Of a DNA stretch of 64,000 nucleotides, positions 31,701 to 42,400 are shown in pieces. The DNA comes from Squalus acanthias (Eukaryota). The translations under genes were made by a program, and so were the position numbers. The notes beneath the pieces were generated by a model. It made no database searches, had not been told where the DNA came from, and saw nothing but the letters and a program-made list of their open reading frames with translations. Position 1 is the first letter of the stretch, and each line of letters starts with the position of its first letter. The stretch spans positions 95,420,001 through 95,484,000 of the forward strand of contig CM059431.1 of NCBI GenBank assembly GCA_030390025.1, given 5' to 3'.

Positions 31701-34700
31701 AACTAATTCACCACATCTTCCACTAACTAGTTCAACACAACTTCATCTAACTAGTTCACCACAACTTCCTCTAACTGGTTCAACACAACATCCTTTAACT
31801 AGTTCAACACAACTTCCTCTTACTAGTTCACCACAACTTCCTCTAACTGGTTCAACACAACATCCTCTAACTAGTTCACCACAACTTCCACTAACTGGTT
31901 CACCACAACAACATCTAACTAGTTCACCACAACTTCCTCTAACTGTTTCAGCACAACTTCCCCTAACTAGTTCACCAGAACTTCCACTAACTGGTTCACC
32001 ACAACAACCTCTAACTAGTTCACCACAACTTTCTCTAACTAGTTCACCACAACTTCCTGTAACTAGTTCACCACAACTTCCTCTAACAGGTTCACAACAA
32101 CACCCGCTAACTAGTTCACCACAACTTCCCCTAACTAGTCCACCAGAACTTCCTCAAACTCGTTCACCACAACTTCCTCTAACTGGTTCAACACAACTTC
32201 CCTGAACTGGTTCACCACAAGTTCCTCTAACTGGTTCACCACAACATCCTCTAACTAGTTCAACACAAATTCCACTAACTAGTTCACCACAAGATTCTCT
32301 AACTGGTTCACCACAAGTTCCCCTAACTGGATCAACACAACTTCCCCGAACTAATTCACCAGATCTTCCCCTAACTGGTTCACCACAACAACCTCTAATT
32401 GCCTCACCACCACACCCTCTAGCTAGTTCACCACAACACCCTCTAACTAGTTCACCACTACTTCCTCTAACTAGTTCACCATAACATCCTCTAAATGGTT
32501 CACCACAACTTCCCCTAACTGGTTCATCACAACAACCTCTAATTGGTTCACCACAACATCCTCTAACTAGTTCACCACAACATCCTCTAACTAGTTCACC
32601 ACAACATCCTCTAACTAGTTCATAACAACTTCCACTAACTGGTTCACCACAACATCCTCTAACTAGTTCACCACAACATCCTCTAACTAGTTCATTACAA
32701 CTTCCACTAACTGGTTCACCACAACAACCTCTAACTGGTTCAGCACAACTTCCTCTAACTAGTTTAGCACAACATCCTCTAACTGGTTCACCACAACTTC
32801 CTCTAACTAGTTCACCACAACATCCTCTGACTAGTTCACCACAAGATCCTCTACATGTTTCACCACAACTTCACCTAACTGGTTCACCACAACATCCTCT
32901 AACTGGTTCACCACAACTTCCTCTATCTGGTTCACCACAACTTCCACTAACTGGTTCACCACAACTTCCACTAACTGGTTCATCACAACTTCTTCTAACT
33001 AGTTCACCACAACTTCCTCTAACTAGTTCAACAAAACATTCGTCTAACTGCTTCAACACAATTTCCTCTAACTAGTTAACCACAATAGCCTCTAACTAGT
33101 TCACCACAACACCTTCTAACTGGTTCAACAAACATCCTCTAACTTGTTCACATCAACACCTTCTAACTAGTTCACCACAACATCCTCTAACTGGTTCACC
33201 ACAACATCCTCTAACTGGTTCACCACAACACCCTCTGACTAGTTCACCACAACTTCCTCTAACTGGTACACCACAACTTCCTCTAACTGGTTCACCACAA
33301 CACCCTCTAACTAGTTCAGCACAACTTCCTCTAACTACTTCACCACAACTTCCTCTAAGTGGTTCACCACAACTTCCTCTAACTGGTTCACCACAACATC
33401 CTCTAACTAGTTCACCACAACTTCCTCTAACTGGTTCACCACAACTTCCTGTAACTGATTCACCACAACACCTTCTAACTAGTTCAACACAACTTCCTCT
33501 AACTGGTTCACCACAACTTCGTATAACTGGTTCAACACAACTTCCTCCAACTGGTTCACCACAACTTCCACTGACTGGCTCACCACAACTTCCTCAAACT
33601 AGTTCAACACAACTTCCTCTAACTAGTTCACCACAACTTCCTCTAACTGGTTCAACACAACTTCCTCCAACTAGTTCACCACAACTTCCTCTAACTGGTT
33701 CAACACAACATCCTCTAACTAATTCACCACATCTTCCACTAACTAGTTCAACACAACTTCATCTAACTAGTTCACCACAACTTCCTCTAACTGGTTCAAC
33801 ACAACATCCTCTAACTAGTTCAACACAACTTCCTCTTACTAGTTCACCACAACTTCCTCTAACTGGTTCAACACAACATCCTCTAACTAGTTCACCACAA
33901 CTTCCACGAACTGGTTCACCACAACAACATCTAACTAGTTCACCACAACTTCCTCTAACTGTTTCAGCACAACTTCCCCTAACTAGTTCACCAGAACTTC
34001 CACTAACTGGTTCACCACAACAACCTCTAACTAGTTCACCACAACTTTCTCTAACTAGTTCACCACAACTTCCTGTAACTAGTTCACCACAACTTCCTCT
34101 AACAGGTTCACAACAACACCCGCTAACTAGTTCACCACAACTTCCCCTAACTAGTCCACCAGAACTTCCTCTAACTCGTTCACCACAACTTCCTCTAACT
34201 GGTTCAACACAACTTCCCTGAACTTGTTCACCACAAGTTCCTCTAACTGGTTCACCACAACATCCTCTAACTAGTTCAACACAAATTCCACTAACTAGTT
34301 CACCACAAGATCCTCTAACTGGTTCACCACAAGTTCCCCTAACTGGATCAACACAACTTCCCCGAACTAATTCACCAGATCTTCCCCTAACTGGTTCACC
34401 ACAACAACCTCTAATTGCCTCACCACCACACCCTCTAGCTAGTTCACCACAACACCCTCTAACTAGTTCACCACTACTTCCTCTAACTAGTTCACCATAA
34501 CATCCTCTAAATGGTTCACCACAACTTCCCCTAACTGGTTCATCACAACAACCTCTAATTGGTTCACCACAACATCCTCTAACTAGTTCACCACAACATC
34601 CTCTAACTAGTTCACCACTACTTCCTCTAACTAGTTCACCATAACATCCTCTAAATGGTTCACCACAACTTCCCCTAACTGGTTCATCACAACAACCTCT

Positions 34701-37620
34701 AATTGGTTCACCACAACACCCTCTAGCTAGTTCACCACAACACCATCTAACTAGTTCACCACAACATCCTCTAACTAGTTCATAACAACTTCCACTAACT
34801 GGTTCACCACCACAACCTCTAACTGGTTCAGCACAACTTCCTCTAACTAGTTTAGCACAACATCCTCTAACTGGTTCACCACAACTTCCTCTAACTAGTT
34901 CACCACAACTTCCTCTAACTGGTTCACCACAACTTCCTCTAACTGGTTCACCACAACATCCTCTACATGTTTCACCACAACTTCACCTAACTGGTTCAGC
35001 ACAACATCCTCTAACTGGTTCACCACAACTTCCTCTATCTGGTTCACCACAACTTCCACTAACTGGTTCACCACATCTTCCACTAACTGGTTCATCACAA
35101 CTTCTTCAAACTTGTTCACCACAACTTCCACTAACTAGTTCACCAAAACATTTGTCTAACTGTTTCAACACAATTTCCTCTAACTAGTTCACCACAATAG
35201 CCTCTAACTAGTTCACCACAACACCTTCTAACTGGTTCAACTAACATCCTCTAACTTGTTCACATCAACACCTTCTAACTAGTTCACCACAACATCCTCT
35301 AACTGGTTCACCACAACATCCTCTAACTGGTTCACCACAACACCCTCTGACTACTTCACCACAACTTCCTCTAAGTGGTAACCACAGCTTCCTCTAACTG
35401 GTTCAACACAACATCCTCTAACTAGTTCACCACAACATCCTCTAACTAGTTCACCACAACTTCCTCTAACTAGTTCACCACAACTTCCTCTAACTGGTTC
35501 ACCACAACATCCTCTAACTAGTTCACCAAAACTTCCTCTAACTAGTTCACCACAACATCCTCGAACTGGTTCACCACAACTTCCTGTAATTAGTTCACCA
35601 CAACATCCTCTAACTATTTCACCACAACTTCCTCTAACTGGTTCACCACAACATCCTCTAACTGGTTCACCACAAATTCCTGTAACTAGTTCACCACAAC
35701 ACCCTCTAACTAGTTCACCACAACTTCCCCTAACTAGTTCACCACACCTTTGTTTAACTGGTTCACCACAACACCCTCTAACTAGTTCACTACAACTTCC
35801 TCTAACTGGTTCACCACAACACCCTCTAACGGGTTCACCACAACATCCTCTAACTGGTTCATCACAACACACTCTAACTAGTTAACCACGACTTCCCCTA
35901 ACTAGTTCACCATGACTTCCTCTAACTGGTACACCACAACTTCCTCTAAATGGTTCACCACAACACCCTCTAACTAGTTCAACACAACTTCCTCTAACTA
36001 GTTCACCACAATTTCCTTTAAGTGGTTCACCACAACTTCCTCTCACTGGTTCACCACAACATCCTCTAACTAGTTCACCACAACTTCCTCTAACTGGTTC
36101 AGCACAACTTCCTGTAACTGATTCACCACAACACCCTCTAACTAGTTCACCACAACTTCCTGTAACTAGTTCAGCACAACAACCTCTAACTGGTTCACCA
36201 CAACATCCTCGAACTGGTTCACCACAACTTCCTGTAATTAGTTCACCACAACATCCTCTAACTAGTTCACCACAACTTCCTCTAACTGGTTCACCACAAC
36301 ATCCTCTAACTGGTTCACCACAACTTCCTGTAACTAGTTCACCACAACACCCTCTAACTAGTTCACCACAACTTCCTCTAACTAGTTCACCAAAACATTC
36401 GTCTAACTGCTTCAACACAATTTCCTCTAACTAGTTAACCACAATAGCCTCTAACTTGTTCACATCAACACCTTCTAACTAGTTCACCACAACATCCTCT
36501 AACTGGTTCACCACAACATCCTCTAACTGGTTCACCACAACACCCTCTGACTAGTTCACCACAACTTCCTCTAACTGGTACACCACAACTTCCTCTAAAT
36601 GGTTCACCACAACACCCTCTAACTAGTTCAGCACAACTTCCTCTAACTACTTCACCACAACTTCCTCTAACTGGTTCACCACAACATCCTCTAACTAGTT
36701 CACCACAACTTCCTCTAACTGGTTCACCACAACATCCTGTAACTGATTCACCACAACACCCTCTAACTAGTTCACCACAACTTCCTGTAACAAGTTCACC
36801 ACAACTTCCTCTAACTGGTTCACCACAACATCCTCTAACTAGTTCACCAAAACTTCCTCTAACTAGTTCACCACAACATCCTCGAACTGGTTCACCACAA
36901 CTTCCTGTAATTAGTTCACCACAACATCCTCTAACTAGTTCACCACAACTTCCTCTAACTGGTTCACCACAACATCCTCTAACTGGTTCACCACAAATTC
37001 CTGTAACTAGTTCACCACAACACCCTCTAACTAGTCACCACAACTTCCCTAACTAGTTCACCACACCTTTGTTTAACTGGTTCACCACAACACCCTCTAA
37101 CTAGTTCACTACAACTTCCTCTAACTGGTTCACCACAACACCCTCTAACTGGTTCACCACAACATCCTCTAACTGGTTCATCACAACACACTCTAACTAG
37201 TTAACCACGACTTCCCCTAACTAGTTCACCATGACTTCCTCTAACTGGTACACCACAACTTCCTCTAAATGGTTCACCACAACACCCTCTAACTAGTTCA
37301 ACACAACTTCCTCTAACTAGTTCACCACAACTTCCTTTAAGTGGTTCACCACAACTTCCTCTCACTGGTTCACCACAACATCCTCTAACTAGTTCACCAC
37401 AACTTCCTCTAACTGGTTCAGCACAACTTCCTGTAACTGATTCACCACAACACCCTCTAACTAGTTCACCACAACTTCCTGTAACTAGTTCAGCACAACA
37501 ACCTCTAACTGGTTCACCACAACATCCTCTAACTAGTTGAACAAAACTTCCTCTAACTAGTTCACCAAAACATCCTCGAACTGGTTCACCACAACTTCCT
37601 GTAATTAGTTCACCACAACA
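25770..37620. repeat. Satellite higher-order superunit, copy 2 (~11.85 kb)
   Basis: Colinear with 10096-25769 minus the 3,768-bp duplication; CCAAAACATCCTCGAA at 25711 matches 37565. Confidence 0.88.
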
Positions 37621-39221
37621 TCCTCTAACTAGTTCACCACAACTTCCTCTAACTGGTTCACCACAACATCCTCTAACTGGTTCACCACAAATTCCTGTAA
37701 CTAGTTCACCACAACACCCTCTAACTAGTTCACCACAACTTCCCCTAACTAGTTCACCACACCTTTGTTTAACTGGTTCACCACAACTTCCTCGAACTAG
37801 TTCACAAGAACAACCTCTGACTAGTTCAACACAACTTCCCCCAACTAGTTCAACACAACTTCCTCTAACTGGTTCACCACAACACCCTCTAACTAATTCA
37901 CCACAACTTCCCCTAACTAGTTCACCACAACTTCCTCCAACTGGTTCACCACAACTTCCTCTAACTGGTTCACTAATGCATCCTCTAACTCGTTCACCCC
38001 AACTTCATCTAACTAGTTCACCACAACATCCTCTAACTAGTTCACCACAACACCCTTTAACTATTTCATCACAACTTCCTCCTAATGGTTCACCACCACA
38101 TACCTAACTAGTACACCACAGCACCCTTTAACTATTTCATCACAACATCCCCTAACTAGTTCACCACAACTTCCTCTAACTGGTTCAACACAACATCCTC
38201 TAACTAGTTCACCACAACACCCTCTAACTAGTTCATCACAACTTCATCTTATTGGTTCACCATAGCATCCTGTAACGAGTTCACCACAACTTCCCCTAAC
38301 TATTACAACACAACTTCCTCTAACTAGTTCACCACAACTTCCTCGAACTGGTTCACGACAACTTCCCCAAACTAGTTCACCACAACTTCCTCTAACTGGT
38401 TCACCAAAATTTCCTCTATCTAGTTCACCACGACATCCTCTAACTAGTTCATCTCAACTTCCTCCAACTGGTTCAAGAAAACTTCCTCTAACTAGTTCAC
38501 CACAACTTCCTCCAACTGGTTCACCGCAACTTCGTCTAACTGGTTCACCACAACTTCCTCTAACTGGTTCACCACAACTTCATCTAACTGGTTCACCACA
38601 ACTACCACTAACTGGTTCATCAGAACTTCTTCAAACTAGTTCACCACAACTTCCTCTAACTAGTTCACCAAAACTTTTGTCTAACTGGTTCAACACAATT
38701 TCCTCTAACTAGTTCACCACAACATCCTCTAACTAGTTCACCACAACTTCCTCTAACTGGTTCACCACAACTTCCTCTAACTGGTTCACCACAAATTCCT
38801 GTAACTAGTTCATCAAAACTTCCTCTAACTAGTTCACCACAACTTCCTCGAACTGGTTCACCACAACTTCCCCAAACTAGTTCACCACAACTTCCTCTAA
38901 CTGGTTCACCAAAATTTCCTCTATCTAGTTCACCACGACATCCTCTAACTAGTTCACCTCAACTTCCTCCAACTGGTTCACCAAAACTTCCTCTAACTAG
39001 TTCACCACAACATCCTCTAACTAGTTCACCACAACTTCCTCAAACTGGTTCACCACAACATCCTCTAACTGGTTCACCACAAATTCCTGTAACTAGTTCA
39101 CCACAACACCCTCTAACTAGTTCACCACAACTTCCCCTAACTAGTTCACCACACCTTTGTTTAACTGGTTCACCACAACACCCTCTAACTAGTTCACCAC
39201 AACTTCCTCTAACTGGTTCAC

Positions 39222-39421
39222 NNNNNNNNNNNNNNNNNNNNNNNNNNNNNNNNNNNNNNNNNNNNNNNNNNNNNNNNNNNNNNNNNNNNNNNNNNNNNNN
39301 NNNNNNNNNNNNNNNNNNNNNNNNNNNNNNNNNNNNNNNNNNNNNNNNNNNNNNNNNNNNNNNNNNNNNNNNNNNNNNNNNNNNNNNNNNNNNNNNNNNN
39401 NNNNNNNNNNNNNNNNNNNNN
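39222..39421. other. Assembly gap (200 N) inside the satellite
   Basis: Exactly 200 N, probably a fixed-size scaffolding gap, so true array length is unknown. Confidence 0.99.
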
Positions 39422-42400
39422 CATCCTCTACATGTTTCACCATAACTTCACCTAACTGGTTCAGCACAACATCCACTAACTGGTTCACCACATCTTCCAC
39501 TAACTGGTTCATCACAACTTCTTCAAACTAGTTCACCACAACTTCCTCTAACTAGTTCACCAAAACATTCGTCTAACTGTTTCAACACAATTTCCTCTAA
39601 CTAGTTCACCACAATAGCCTCTAACTAGTTCACCACAACACCTTCTAACTGGTTCAACTAACATCCTCTAACTTGTTCACATCAGCACCTTCTAACTAGT
39701 TCACCACAACACCCTCTGACTAGTTCACCACAACTTCCTCCTACTGGTACACCACAACTTCCTCTAAATGGTTCACCACAACACCCTCTAAGTGGTTCAC
39801 CACAACTTCCTCTAAGTGGTTCACCACAACTTCCTCTAAGTGGTTCACCACAACTTCCTCTAAGTGGTTCACCACAACTTCCTCTAACTATTTCACCACA
39901 ACTTCCTGTAACAAGTTCACCACAACTTCCTCTAACTGGTTCACCACAACATCCTCTAACTAGTTCACCACAACTTCCTGTAATTAGTTCACCACAACAT
40001 CCTCGAACTAGTTCACCACAACTTCCTCGAACTGGTTCATCACAACATCCTCTAACTGGTTCAGCACAAATTCCTGTAACTAGTTCCACAACACCCTCTA
40101 ACTAGTTCACCACAACTTCCCCTAACTAGTTCACCACACCTTTGTTTAACTGGTTCACCACAACACCCTCTAACTAGTTCACCACAACTTCCTCTAACTG
40201 GTTCACCACAACACCCTCTAACTGGTTCACCACAACATCCTCTAACTTGTTCATCACAACACACTCTAACTAGTTAACCACGACTTCCTCTAACTGGTAC
40301 ACCACAACTTCCTCTAAATGGTTCACCACAACATCCTCTAACTAGTTCAACACAACTTCCTCTAACTAGTTCACCACAACTTCCTTTAAGTGGTTCACCA
40401 CAACTTCCTCTAACTGGTTCACCACAACATCCTCTAACTCGTTTACCACAACTTCCTCTAACTGGTTCAGCACAACTTCCTGTAACTGATTCACCACAAC
40501 ACCCTCTAACTAGTTCACCCCAACTTCCTGTAACTAGTTCAGCACAACAACCTCTAACTGGTTCACCACAACATCCTCTAACTAGTTCAACAAAACTTCC
40601 TCTAACTAGTTCATCACAACATCCTTGAACTGGTTCACCACAACTTCCTGTAATTAGTTCACCACAACATCCTCTAACTAGTTCACCACAAATTCCTCTA
40701 ACTGGTTCACCACAACATCCTCTAACTGGTTCACCACAACTTCCTGTAACTAGTTCACCACAACACCCTCTAACTGGTTCACCACAACACCCTCTAACTG
40801 GTTCACCACAACTTCCTGTAACTGATTCACCACAACACCCTCTAACTAGTTCACCAGAACATCCTCTAACTGGTTCATCACAACACACTCTAACTAGTTG
40901 ACCACGACTTCACCTAACAAGTTCAATACGACTTCCTCTAACTGGTACACCACAACTTCCTCTAAAAGGTTCACCACAACACCCTCTAACTAGTTCAACA
41001 CAACTTCCTCTAACTAGTTCACCACAACTTCCTCTAAGTGGTTCACAACAACTTCCTCTAACTGGTTCACCACAACATCCTCTAACTAGTTCACCACAAC
41101 TTCCTCTCACTGGTTCACCACAACTTCCTGTATCTGATTCACCACAACACCCTCTAACTAGTTCAACACAACTTCCTGTAACTAGTTCACCACAACTTCC
41201 TCTAACTGGTTCACCACAACATCCTCTAACTAGTTCACCAAAACTTCCTCTAACTAGTTCACCACAACATCCTCGAACTGGTTCACCACAACTTCCTCTA
41301 ACTGGTTCACCACAACTTCCTGTAACTAGTTCACCACAACACCCTCTAACTGGTTCACCACAACACCCTCTAACTGGTTCACCACAACTTCCTGTAACTG
41401 ATTCACCACAACACCCTCTAACTAGTTCACCACAACTTCCCCTAACTAGTTCACCACACCTTTGTTTAACTGGTTCACCACAACTTCCTCTAACTAGTTC
41501 ACAACAACAACCTCTGACTAGTTCAACACAACTTCCCCCAACTAGTTCACCACAACTTCCCCCAACTAGTTCACCACAACTTCCTCTAACTGGTTCACCA
41601 CAACACCCTCTAACTAATTCACCACAACTTCCCCTAACTAGTTCACCACAACTTCCTCCAACTGATTCACCACAGCTTCCTCTAACTGGTTCACTAATGC
41701 ATCCTCTAACTCGTTCACCCCAACTTCATCTAACTAGTTCACCACAACATCCTCTAACTAGTTCACCACAACACCCTTTAACTATTTCATCACAACTTCC
41801 TCTAAATGGTTCACCACCACATACCTAACTAGTACACCACAGCACCCTTTAACTATTTCATCACAACATCCCCTAACTAGTTCACCACAACTTCCTCTAA
41901 CTTGTTCACCACAACATCCTCTAACTACTTCACCACAACACCCTCTAACTAGTTCATCACAACTTCATCTAACTGGTTCACCATAGCATCCTGTAATGAG
42001 TTCACCACAACTTCCCCTAACTATTACAACACAACTTCCTCTAACTAGTTCACCACAACTTCCTCGAACTGGTTCACCACAACTTCCTGTAACTGATTCA
42101 CCACAACACCCTCTAACTAGTTCACCACAACTTCCTGTAACAAGTTCACCACAACTTCCTCTAACTGGTTCACCACAACATCCTCTAACTAGTTCACCAC
42201 AACTTCCTCTAAATAGTTCACCACAACATCCTCAAACTAGTTCACCACAACTTCCTCTATCTGGTACACCACAACTTCCTCTAAATGGTTCACCACAACA
42301 CCCTCTAACTAGTTCACCACAACTTCCTGTAATTAGTTCACCACAACATCCTCTAACTAGTTCACCACAAATTTCTCTAACTGGTTCACCACAACATCCT

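Noticed and set aside
39189..39515. ORFs crossing the N run
   Set aside because: Gap artefacts
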